DNA of 54,893 bases from Chloroflexota bacterium (GTDB lineage Bacteria > Chloroflexota > Dehalococcoidia > UBA2979), in contig QWQU01000003.1 in assembly GCA_003670735.1 (NCBI GenBank), positions 1 through 54,893 on the forward strand, given 5' to 3'. The position numbers and the translations under genes are program-made. Within the stretch, counting starts at the first letter, position 1; the number at the start of each line of letters is the position of its first letter. Below, piece by piece: positions 1 to 8,293 of the stretch. Under the pieces are notes generated by a model. That model searched no databases. It was not told the DNA's origin and was given only the letters and a program-made list of their open reading frames with translations.

Positions 1-866
1 CCCTGGCCGGCGTTGCCGTAGGGACCTCGATCGCGACGGAGTGAGGGGGGCGCGCGTCGGGCAGCGCCGAGCAGGTCACCAGTCCTACCGGAGTCGACGG
101 AGCGGGTGGAGACGGTCGCAGAGGCGGCATCCCAGACATCGCGCCAAGGGCTAGCAGGCGTGCCCTGGCGGGGCTCGCCGTGCTCGCCATCGGGAGTGGC
201 CGCGGCGGCAAGCATCTCCTCGGGTACATCGAGGTCGGCGACGAGCGCCGCGGTCATGTCGGTGATGTTGCGGGTGCGCGTGAAGAGGTCGGCGAGGGCG
301 CGCTCGGCGCCGGTCGCGAGGGCGCTCGCGACGGCAGACTGGCCGATCGCCTGATCGACATTGCTCGTGAGCATCAGCATCAGGCGGTGCTCGACGAGTA
401 GCTGCTGGAACTGCGGGTTGATGCTCTCGGCACCACCGACGGGCTCGGCGCCATCGCCTTCGGCGGCGGCGATGCGGGCGAGGCCCTCGGGGCCCTGGAT
501 GTAGACGACGCCGGGGCCGACCTGGGCGATGGTCGCCTCGCCGTCGCGGATGGCGATGCAGGTGAGGCCGACGGAGACGGCGTGCTCCCGGAGCGAGCGG
601 CGATTCCACTCGGCGAGGTTGGCGTGGGCCTGGCGGAGGGCGCGGAGCAGACCACCGGTGACGGAGAGGGACTCGCGCGCGAAGAGCTCAGAGACGGCGT
701 CGGCAACCTGCGGGGCGAACTCGGTGGAGCGGGCGTCGACCGGCTCGACGAGGACGAGCAAGCGGACGGTCTCGTCCTCGCGCGTCCGTGTGCGGTCAAC
801 GAAGGCGGGGCCGTGCTCGCGCACTGCACCGTCGACGATCGCGTAACGGCCGACCCAAATGCTCAT
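1..866 (-). CDS. Hypothetical protein with degenerate PP2C/SpoIIE-like N-terminal fold (partial, runs off the left edge)
   Basis: Manual translation from ATG at 866 (GAGG upstream): MSIWVGRYAIVDG...LLVLVEP...LLRALRQAHANL...GLTCIAIRDGEATIAQVGPGVVY...LMLTSN...DMTAALV. The pattern is PP2C-like without the DG motifs. Open to position 1 and absent from the ORF track. Confidence 0.65.
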   Translation of the reverse strand, partial: MSIWVGRYAIVDGAVREHGPAFVDRTRTREDETVRLLVLVEPVDARSTEFAPQVADAVSELFARESLSVTGGLLRALRQAHANLAEWNRRSLREHAVSVGLTCIAIRDGEATIAQVGPGVVYIQGPEGLARIAAAEGDGAEPVGGAESINPQFQQLLVEHRLMLMLTSNVDQAIGQSAVASALATGAERALADLFTRTRNITDMTAALVADLDVPEEMLAAAATPDGEHGEPRQGTPASPWRDVWDAASATVSTRSVDSGRTGDLLGAARRAPPSLRRDRGPYGNAGQ

Positions 867-1095
867 GCGCCTCGTGTCTGTTTCAACCGTGGGGAGCAGG
901 CCGTTCGGGCGAGTGTAGGCGGCGTGTTCGGGCCCGTCGACCTGCCATTTTGCTGACGGAGGCCGTTCGTGCGCGGTCTCCTGCGTTTGCAACGGGCTCC
1001 GCGCACTCGCGTTCGCCTCGATGCATCGGGGTGAGCGTGCATCACGTATGGTATCCGGGTGATGGTGTGAGTCGACCTCGGGAATGGAGCGCGGG

Positions 1096-1386
1096 ATGCC
1101 AAACCGACGAGTGCCCCGGGCGTTTTCGTTGATCTGGGGCAGTGGCAAGGTGATCGAGGAAGCAGCGATCGAGGGTGGTCTGCACGCCCCGGCGTTGCAG
1201 CTGCTGTCGTACGAAGACGGCGAGAAAAAGGGCCAGATGGCGATTCGCTTCGCCGCCTATGACACGGACGGCGAGCTGGAACGACGGCCACTGATCATCA
1301 ATGAGCGTGAGCTGTCTTCACTGAAGAAGGAGCTCGATCGCTCGCCGAAGATGAAGGCGCTGCTGAAGAAGCTCGTCGCCGACTAA
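1096..1386 (+). CDS. Hypothetical protein (96 aa)
   Basis: ORF with GGAG before ATG 1096, GC-rich third positions, globular-looking sequence (WGSGKVIEEA...PALQLL...IRF...RPLII). Confidence 0.7.
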   Translation: MPNRRVPRAFSLIWGSGKVIEEAAIEGGLHAPALQLLSYEDGEKKGQMAIRFAAYDTDGELERRPLIINERELSSLKKELDRSPKMKALLKKLVAD

Positions 1387-1988
1387 ACGTCACCACCAGT
1401 TGCTCGCCGAGCGCGGAGATGAGTTAGCCACGAATCCAGTAACTCTGGATTGAGATCTCCGCGAGCATGGGCCGACATGAAAGGGCCCCACGAATCCGTT
1501 GCCTCAGCGTTCTCGACAAAGAATTCCTCACGCGCGCGACTCAGTTCAAACATTTCATGCCGGATGAAATCAGCGGTTAACGGGATCGTTGGCCCTCCAC
1601 CAGTCGTCCAAGACTCGATGAACTGAGACAGCCAAACGAAGTTCGTCTCACCAGACGCACATCGAAGCGCCACATCGACAGCATCGTCATTGCTCCAGAA
1701 GTACACGAACCCATTCGCTAGTAGCGTCGAGTGCAGCACCGTGACAGCAAGTCTTTTGTTCCCGTCTTCCAGAGCATGATTCGCGGCGATAGAACGCACC
1801 ATCGCTGCAAGCCCGTCGTAGAACGACTCGTAGTAGGGCTGATGAGGCAACGCAATCGCGGACTCTTAGAGTCCGCGATTGAGCACTCTGAATGCTGGGT
1901 AGGGGTTATCAGCAGAACCGAACAGACCCGTTGCAAGCTCGTACAGGATGTCGACCAGCTCAACGAAGGTGGGCCACCGATACGCTAC
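1383..1988 (-). pseudogene. Doc/Fic-family toxin interrupted by one in-frame TAA
   Basis: The frame reads VAYRWPTFVELVDI...NRGL*ESAIALP...NHALEDGNKRLA. It has the Doc motif HxxxDGNKR and the GLLESA motif, with TAA at 1866-1868. No canonical start codon at the expected N-terminus. Confidence 0.8.
1853..1881. repeat. 29-bp quasi-palindrome (14-bp perfect arms, 1-nt centre)
   Basis: CAATCGCGGACTCT-T-AGAGTCCGCGATTG. Confidence 0.95.
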
Positions 1989-2104
1989 TTGTCCTTCAGG
2001 TCCTCCAGCGCCTTGCGGTTGATCTCGATCACCACTCGCGCTGCCTGACGGAACGGGTTGTCCGACGGAGTCGTCGGCTTGCTGATGTCGATGTTCTCGG
2101 CCAT
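1985..2104 (-). CDS. Putative minimal antitoxin (39 aa) upstream of doc
   Basis: MAENIDISKPTTPSDNPFRQAARVVIEINRKALEDLKDK*, GAGGAG upstream, stop overlaps the start region of the doc frame. The C-terminus resembles the (F..A...I...R.AL.EL.K) tail of Doc-associated antitoxins. Confidence 0.65.
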   Translation of the reverse strand: MAENIDISKPTTPSDNPFRQAARVVIEINRKALEDLKDK

Positions 2105-2141
2105 GTGCTGACGTCTCCTCTCGTGTCATACATCGCTCCGC

Positions 2142-2165
2142 TGCGTGACAACATGTTGTCACGCA
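2142..2165. promoter_or_regulatory. Perfect 24-bp palindrome upstream of the toxin-antitoxin pair (candidate operator)
   Basis: TGCGTGACAACA|TGTTGTCACGCA with no loop, about 40 bp upstream of the antitoxin ATG. Confidence 0.55.
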
Positions 2166-2245
2166 CTCGAAGGCCTCGCAAAACGGAGCACTCGCCTACT
2201 CATATCTTCGAGCAAAGGAGTAACTCCAATAGCCGTCAGGCACCG

Positions 2246-5200
2246 CTACGCGCGTTGGAGGGCGAGCGTGACGGTGTGGCCCTCGATGTCGACTTCGACG
2301 GAGGTGCCTGCGGGGGCCGGGACGTCGGGGCCGTCGCCGGCGTCGAGGGAGAGTGCGAGCACTTCCTCGGCGATGGTGGGGCCGTGGTCGGCGAAGACTT
2401 TGCCGATGATGGCATCGCCTCGCCACACGACGCGCACGCGATCGGTGACCTCGAGGTCGGCTTCGCGGCGGAGGTCCTGGAGGCGACGCACGAGCTCGCG
2501 GGCGAGGCCTTCGCTCTCGAGCTCGGCGGTGATGGTCGCGTCGACGAGCGCGACGTAGCCGGCTTCTTCGGCGGCAGACCAGCCTTCGCTCGCCTCGACA
2601 CCGACAAGCAGGTCGCCGGCGGTCAGCTCGTACTCACCGATCTGCAGCGGCTCGCCGGCGCGCATGCGACGAGAGATCTCGGCGGCATCAGCGCCGTTGA
2701 TCGCGGCACGCAGCGGGCCGAGCGCCGAGCCGAAGCGCGGGCCGAGCACGGGCAGGTTCGGGCGCAGCGAGTAGCGCAGGCGCTCGTCGGTCGCGACGAC
2801 GGTGACCGTCTTCACGTTGAGCTCATCGGCGACCTGGTCAGCAAGACGCGTGAGCGCGTCGCGCTCGTTGTCGTTGCGCGGAACGAGCACGGCCTCGGCG
2901 AGCGGCTGGCGCACACGGAGGTCGGCCTGCTGCCGCGCGGCGCGACCGAGCGAGACCATGCGCTGCACGAGCGCGACATCCGCACTGAGCTGCTCATCAA
3001 TCGCGGACTCATCGACCTCGGGCCACATGTCGAGGTGCACCGAGTCCGGCGCACCGGTGACAGAGGCGGCGACGAGGTTGCGGTACATCGACTCCGCGAG
3101 GAACGGCGTGAACGGCGCGAGCAACCTCGCGATCGTCGTGAGGCACTCGTAGAGCGTGTGCAGCGCGGCCTGCGTGTCGGTGGAGTCGTCGGACTTCCAG
3201 AAGCGACGACGACTGCGACGCACGTACCAGTTGGACAACTGCTCGACGAACTCGCCGATGGGGCGCGCGGCGTCAGCAGGCTCGTAGGCCTCGAGCGCAT
3301 CGGTGACACGGCGCACGGTGCGGTGCAGCTCACTGCGCACCCAGCGGTCGAGGTCGGTGCGTTGCGCGTCCGTCGGCGGTGCGCTGTTGGCATCGAAGTT
3401 CGCGATGTTCGCGTAGGTGACGAAGAACGAGTACGTGTTCCACAGCGTCGAGATGAAGCGACGCGACACCTCGCCGACCAACTCCGTCGAGAAGCGACGT
3501 GGGTTGCCGGGAGGCGATGCGGTGTACAAGCACCAACGCAATGCGTCGGCGCCATGCACGTTGAGCACGCTCCACGGGTCAACGACGTTGCCCTTGGACT
3601 TCGACATCTTCTGGCCGTTGCCATCGAGGATGTGACCGAGGCTGATCACGTTGCGATACGCGATCGACTCCGGCAGATCCTCGGTGCGGTGCAGCAAGGT
3701 CGCGAGCGCGTGCAGCGTGTAGAACCAGCCACGCGTCTGGTCGACGGCCTCGCAGATGAAGTCGGCGGGGAAGACGGAGTCGAAGTCGTCCGAGCCCTCG
3801 AAGGGGAAGTGGCGCTGCGCGTACGGCATCGCCCCGGAGTCGAACCACGCGTCAGCAACCTCGGGCGTGCGGCGCATCTCGCCACTGCACTCAGGCTGAG
3901 CGCAGGGGAGTGTGACCGCGTCGATGTACGGGCGGTGCGGATCCTCGATCTCGCTCGATGCACCGGAGCGTGCGCGCAACTCGTCATACGAGCCGATGCA
4001 CTCGGTGGTGCCGCACTCCTCGCACGTCCAGAAGGGCAGCGGCGTGCCCCAGTAGCGCTCGCGCGAAACGGCCCAGTCGATGTTGCCAGCGAGCCATTCG
4101 CCGAAGCGGCCGTCCTTGATGTGGTCGGGCACCCAGTGGATGCGCTGGTTGCCCTCGATCAGGTCGTCGCGCACGGCGGTGGTGCGGATGTACCAGCTCG
4201 GCTTCGCGTAGTAGAGGACGGGCGTGTCACAGCGCCAGCAGAACGGATACGTGTGCTGGATCTGCTCGTCGCGCAGGAGCACACCTCGACCGCGCAGGTC
4301 GCGGCGGATGTCGCGGTCGGCATCCTTCACGAACTGACCAGCCCAGGGGCCGGCAGTGAAGCGACCATCGAGGCCGACCGGCTGCAGGAAGAGCAGCCCT
4401 TCGGCACGACCGAGCGCGTAGTCGTCCTCACCGAAGGCGGGAGCGATGTGCACGATGCCGGTGCCGTCATTGGTGGCGACGAAGTCGGCGGCAACGACGT
4501 GTCGCGTCGGGCCGGTGTCACCTTCCTCCAGTGGGCGCGTGCGGCCGTTGACGAAGGAGAGCGCCTCGACGCCCCAGTCGCGGGACTCGTAGAGCGGCTC
4601 GTAGTTCACGCCGACGAGGTCGGTGCCCTTGAGCATGCCAACGAGGCGCGTGTCACCGGACCACACGGGGCGACGACCGCTCTGGTCGTGGCCTTCCGGA
4701 TCATCCATCGCGACGCCCGGGATGATCTCGGCGCGGTCGTAGGCGACGACCATGCGGACACGGCCCTGGCTCGGGTGATCCGAGCCGTACTCGACGAGCA
4801 CGTAGTCCGCCTCGGCGTTGACGGCGAGGGCGACGTTGCCGGGGAGCGTCCACGGGGTCGTGGTCCAGGCGACGATGTAGGTCGGCACCTCGTCCTTGAG
4901 CTTGAGCACGTCCGGCGCGTCGCGGTTCATCGAGAGCGGTGCGTGGAAGAGCACGGTGACGCTGGGGTCGGGGGTGTCCTCTTTGTAGCCGAGTGCGATC
5001 TCGTGCGATGAGAGCGAGGTCTCACAGCGCGGGCAGTGCGGCGTGACGCGATAGTCACGGAACATCAGGTTGTTGTCCCAGAGGCGCTTGAAGATCCACC
5101 AGCAGCTTTCGACGTACTCGCGGTGGTACGTGACGTACGGCGTGTCCATGTCGACCCAGTAGCCGATGCGGGAGGTCATACGCTCCCACTCGGAGACGTA

Positions 5201-5578
5201 CTTGAAGACGGACTCGCGGCACATCTGGTTGAAGGCCTCGATGCCGTAGGCCTCGATCTCCCGCTTCGAGTGCAGGTCGAGCTGGCGCTCTACCTCGAGC
5301 TCCACGGGCAGGCCGTGCGTGTCCCAACCGCCTTTGCGGGGGACGCGGTAGCCGCGCATCGTGCGGTAGCGGGGTACGAGATCCTTGAACACGCGCGCGA
5401 GCACGTGGTGGATGCCGGGGTTGCCGTTCGCGGTGGGCGGACCTTCGTAGAACGAGAAGATCTTGTCGGCGGGGCGCTCTTCGACGCTGCGCTTGAAGAT
5501 GTCGTGGTCGTGCCAGAACGCGAGGATGCCTTCCTCGAGATCCGGGAACGAGACGCGCGATGCAACTGGCTCAAACAT
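2246..5578 (-). CDS. ileS: Isoleucine--tRNA ligase (type 2 IleRS)
   Basis: EGPPTANGNPGIHH, GWDTHGLPVE, WTTTPWTLP, KMSKS, WYVRRSRRRFW and type-2 C-terminus (EGLARELVRRLQDLRR). ATG 5578 with GAGGAG. Confidence 0.97.
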   Translation of the reverse strand: MFEPVASRVSFPDLEEGILAFWHDHDIFKRSVEERPADKIFSFYEGPPTANGNPGIHHVLARVFKDLVPRYRTMRGYRVPRKGGWDTHGLPVELEVERQLDLHSKREIEAYGIEAFNQMCRESVFKYVSEWERMTSRIGYWVDMDTPYVTYHREYVESCWWIFKRLWDNNLMFRDYRVTPHCPRCETSLSSHEIALGYKEDTPDPSVTVLFHAPLSMNRDAPDVLKLKDEVPTYIVAWTTTPWTLPGNVALAVNAEADYVLVEYGSDHPSQGRVRMVVAYDRAEIIPGVAMDDPEGHDQSGRRPVWSGDTRLVGMLKGTDLVGVNYEPLYESRDWGVEALSFVNGRTRPLEEGDTGPTRHVVAADFVATNDGTGIVHIAPAFGEDDYALGRAEGLLFLQPVGLDGRFTAGPWAGQFVKDADRDIRRDLRGRGVLLRDEQIQHTYPFCWRCDTPVLYYAKPSWYIRTTAVRDDLIEGNQRIHWVPDHIKDGRFGEWLAGNIDWAVSRERYWGTPLPFWTCEECGTTECIGSYDELRARSGASSEIEDPHRPYIDAVTLPCAQPECSGEMRRTPEVADAWFDSGAMPYAQRHFPFEGSDDFDSVFPADFICEAVDQTRGWFYTLHALATLLHRTEDLPESIAYRNVISLGHILDGNGQKMSKSKGNVVDPWSVLNVHGADALRWCLYTASPPGNPRRFSTELVGEVSRRFISTLWNTYSFFVTYANIANFDANSAPPTDAQRTDLDRWVRSELHRTVRRVTDALEAYEPADAARPIGEFVEQLSNWYVRRSRRRFWKSDDSTDTQAALHTLYECLTTIARLLAPFTPFLAESMYRNLVAASVTGAPDSVHLDMWPEVDESAIDEQLSADVALVQRMVSLGRAARQQADLRVRQPLAEAVLVPRNDNERDALTRLADQVADELNVKTVTVVATDERLRYSLRPNLPVLGPRFGSALGPLRAAINGADAAEISRRMRAGEPLQIGEYELTAGDLLVGVEASEGWSAAEEAGYVALVDATITAELESEGLARELVRRLQDLRREADLEVTDRVRVVWRGDAIIGKVFADHGPTIAEEVLALSLDAGDGPDVPAPAGTSVEVDIEGHTVTLALQRA

Positions 5579-5890
5579 GGGACCGCTCCTCGACGACATT
5601 TCGAGAAGCGGGACGGGCACGACGCCGAAGCGTGCTACCCGCGGTACCACCCGCGTTGCGCGCTGACTCGTGCGTTACGAGTTGCGCGCCACTCAGTGCA
5701 CGGCGATCACCGTGCTGCCCTGGTAACGGTGGGCAGTCCGGCCGCGTCTACTGCCTCGGACGTTGCGAGTCCTGAGGGTTCGGGCGGCGGCTCGGGAGTG
5801 ATGTTCGCTGCGACGCGGGGCGTCCGACTTGCACCGTCTCGGACTCGCTAAGCCTCGTGGTGTCGCAGGTACTGTCTCCGTCAGCGCCTG
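5579..5890 (-). ncRNA. T-box riboswitch (Ile specifier), probably translational
   Basis: T-box AACGCGGGTGGTACCGCG (about 5640-5657). Stem I has AGCGA and GGTGCAA distal motifs and specifier GAAC-ATC-ACTCC (AUC at 5800-5802). Hairpin CCGCTTCTCGA/TCGAGGAGCGG (5583-5611) covers the RBS. Confidence 0.9.
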
Positions 5891-5897
5891 TCTGTAT

Positions 5898-6134
5898 TCA
5901 GTCTAGATTGCGCGGCGTCGCGTCAGCAATGAGCGCCATCTGTGCTTCCACCGCGCGGATGGCTGCTTCGAGCGCATCCCAACTGATGGCGAGCTGGCGC
6001 TCTTCCTCGGCGGTTGGTGGATCGCCGATCGCGTTTCTGAGGTGCTCATGCTCGGACCGTGCGTCGAAATGACGAGCCCACAGTTCGGCGAGTACTTCGG
6101 CATCGCTCAAATCCTCGTCGGTCTCACCTGCCAA
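5898..6134 (-). CDS. Hypothetical helical protein (78 aa)
   Basis: ORF fills the gap between the zinc-ribbon gene terminator and the T-box; acidic, coiled-coil-like; TTG start uncertain. Confidence 0.45.
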   Translation of the reverse strand: MAGETDEDLSDAEVLAELWARHFDARSEHEHLRNAIGDPPTAEEERQLAISWDALEAAIRAVEAQMALIADATPRNLD

Positions 6135-6176
6135 GAGTTGTACCCGTAGTTCGAGAACTGGCTCGTGAGGGCGAGT

Positions 6177-6220
6177 GATGGTGCGGCCCCACCAGGATGT
6201 CCTGGCGGGGCCGCACCATC
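6177..6220 (-). terminator. Strong hairpin downstream of the zinc-ribbon gene
   Basis: GATGGTGCGGCCCC...GGGGCCGCACCATC 14-bp outer arms with inner CCAGGA/TCCTGG. Confidence 0.6.
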
Positions 6221-6225
6221 TCGGA

Positions 6226-6687
6226 CTACTCGGCGGAGGGGAGCACGACGTTCGCGCTCGGCTCGACCTCTTCCTCTACTTCTTCGGCGGGGGCGCTAGC
6301 GCCGGCTGCAACCAGCGAGGCGAGGCGCTGGGCGGCAGCCTCCTCGGCGGCCTCCTGGCGCTCGCGGACAGCGTTGTAGCAGTTGGAGCAGAAGACCGGG
6401 CGGTCACCGCGGGGGAGGAACGGGATCTCGGTGGTCTGGCCACACTCGTTGCACACGGCAGCGTGGAGCTGGCGCGGGGTGCGACCACCCCACGAGACGA
6501 AGACGCCGTAGCTCGGGGCCTCCTCGCGCTCATCGGGGCGCATCGTGCGGCGGTTAGCGCGGCAGCTGGGGCAGCGCACGGGGTCGTGCTGCAGGCCCTT
6601 GGTGGCGTAGAACTCCTGCTCGCCAGCGGTGAAGACGTAGGTAGAGCCGCAATCGCGGCAGGTCAGCTCGCGGTCGGAAAAGGCCAC
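6226..6687 (-). CDS. Zinc-ribbon (zf-trcl-like) plus CxxC-x17-CxxC domain protein
   Basis: LTCRDCG..FTAGEQEFY..KG....PVRCPSCR and CNECG...IPFLPRGDRPVFCSNCY. GTG 6687 with GAGGAG; extended -10 TGCTATAAT about 110 nt upstream. Confidence 0.88.
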   Translation of the reverse strand: MAFSDRELTCRDCGSTYVFTAGEQEFYATKGLQHDPVRCPSCRANRRTMRPDEREEAPSYGVFVSWGGRTPRQLHAAVCNECGQTTEIPFLPRGDRPVFCSNCYNAVRERQEAAEEAAAQRLASLVAAGASAPAEEVEEEVEPSANVVLPSAE

Positions 6688-6840
6688 GGTGAGCTCCTCT
6701 CGAACGCCCCGGGATGGATTTGGGCACAACGCAGTGAGGCGCAGGCTGTCGCCTGCGCTTTGTTTGTGTCCCTTGTGTTGTTGGGGCGCGCTAATTATAG
6801 CAGGTCACAGACCATTACGATTGCGCGTGGAGGGCGCGCC

Positions 6841-7719
6841 ATGGGAGTCGATGAGCCTGATGTTCTCTCGGTCGGCGATGCGGACAGCCTCGAGGCTGCT
6901 GCTACGCAGTACATCCGAGGCGAATTGGAACGCGCGCAAACAGGCCCCGGCGCGGCAGGCGCTGAAGCCTACCTGCTCGCCGCTCTCGAAGGGCTCCCCT
7001 GGGTAGGCGGGTTTATCGCTGCCGGTGCTGCGATGCGCGAACGCGGTGAAACGATCCGGCGCGACTCACTACAAGGCATGTGGCTTGAACCGCACGAGGC
7101 GAAGCTGGCGCGTCTCCGGGCATTGATCGACGAGATGCGAAAGTCTTTCGAGAACCTCGGCGAGGAGGTTCTTCAGCGGGTTCGGAGCGAGGAATATCTA
7201 CAACTCGTTCGGAAAGCTATCCGCGTCTGGGATCAAGCCGACACCGAGGAGAAGCGTCGATACGTCGCGAACCTGCTGATGAACGCCGGCGGAGGAGCGC
7301 GCCTTGCGAGCGACGACGTCGTGCGGTTATTCATCGAGTGGCTCGACATGTACCACGAGTCGCATTTCACAGTGATTCGCGAGATCTATCAGCACCCAGG
7401 CTCTACGCGATTCGATATCTGGACTCGCGCGTGGGGCGAGGTACCTCGCGAAAACTCAGCCGAGGCTGATCTCTACCGACGACTCATTCGCGATCTCAGT
7501 ACGGGCGGCGTGATTCGTCAGGAGCGCGAAGTTACAGTGACCGGCGAATTTGTTCGGAAAACTCCCGCTCGGCGGCCTCGCGGCGCTCCGCGTTCCACAA
7601 CACGGGACTCGTCATTTGACGATGAAGACCCTTACGAGCTGACCGAACTTGGGGAACAGTTCGTTCACTACACAATGAATGAAGTGGTTGATCGCATAGG
7701 AGGACCGGGCAGCGCCTAG
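6841..7719 (+). CDS. Hypothetical protein, resembles the Abi-alpha/DUF4393-like superfamily
   Basis: ATG 6841 after GGAGGG. Motifs LEGLPWVGG, EEKRRYVANLL, LIRDLSTGGVI, YELTELGEQFV. More A/T-ending codons than its neighbours. Confidence 0.6.
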   Translation: MGVDEPDVLSVGDADSLEAAATQYIRGELERAQTGPGAAGAEAYLLAALEGLPWVGGFIAAGAAMRERGETIRRDSLQGMWLEPHEAKLARLRALIDEMRKSFENLGEEVLQRVRSEEYLQLVRKAIRVWDQADTEEKRRYVANLLMNAGGGARLASDDVVRLFIEWLDMYHESHFTVIREIYQHPGSTRFDIWTRAWGEVPRENSAEADLYRRLIRDLSTGGVIRQEREVTVTGEFVRKTPARRPRGAPRSTTRDSSFDDEDPYELTELGEQFVHYTMNEVVDRIGGPGSA

Positions 7720-7745
7720 TTCTCGCAGAGGCCGGCGGCTCAGGG

Positions 7746-8291
7746 CTAGGCGCGGAGCAGCTCGAGGAGCTTCGTCGTGGTGTTCCAGTTGCGGATCGTC
7801 ATCGACGCGTACACGGGCGTGCCCACGATCGTGCTGAGGCGGCTCTTCGTGCGCTCCGCGCTGAGGCGCTGGGAGTAGACAACGCCTTTGCCAGGCCAGA
7901 CGGCATCGACGCCCTCGCGCGGGTTGAAGACACGCATCGCCTCGGTGGCGGTGACGCCCATCAAGAAGATGACATCGCTGTGGTAGCGGTCGGGTTGGCC
8001 GCCAAAGCCTTCGGGGCGGTCCTCGACGATCGAGGTGAATTGCGCGCGGGTGAGGACGAGCACGCGGATCAGCGCGCTGTCGAACTCGAAGCGCTTGATC
8101 AGCATCTGCTCGATGGACTCGGCGAGGGTCTTCGCGCGCTCGGTCGAGGTGAGCACGACGTTGCCGCTCTGGATGTAGGTCGCGACCTCGGTGCAGCCGT
8201 GCTCGATGAGGGCTTGCTTCAGCTCGGCCATCGGCAGCTTGTTCTTGCCGCCGACGTTGATCCCGCGGAGGAGCACGACGTAGCGCGGCAT
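7746..8291 (-). CDS. DUF1697 domain protein
   Basis: YVVLLRGINVGGKNKLPMAEL, VATYIQSGNVV, TIRNWNT. Confidence 0.92.
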   Translation of the reverse strand: MPRYVVLLRGINVGGKNKLPMAELKQALIEHGCTEVATYIQSGNVVLTSTERAKTLAESIEQMLIKRFEFDSALIRVLVLTRAQFTSIVEDRPEGFGGQPDRYHSDVIFLMGVTATEAMRVFNPREGVDAVWPGKGVVYSQRLSAERTKSRLSTIVGTPVYASMTIRNWNTTTKLLELLRA

Positions 8292-8293
8292 CG

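Noticed and set aside
1892-5011. 1039-aa + strand ORF and other long antisense ORFs (e.g. 13860-15107, 26711-28051, 28030-29523, 37158-38507, 52843-53793)
   Set aside because: Shadow frames of real high-GC genes (ileS, rimO, fabF, folC, moaA, rpoB) with no recognisable motifs.
6175-6840. N-terminal 222 aa of the 514-aa track ORF
   Set aside because: Antisense to the zinc-ribbon gene; the real start is most likely ATG 6841.
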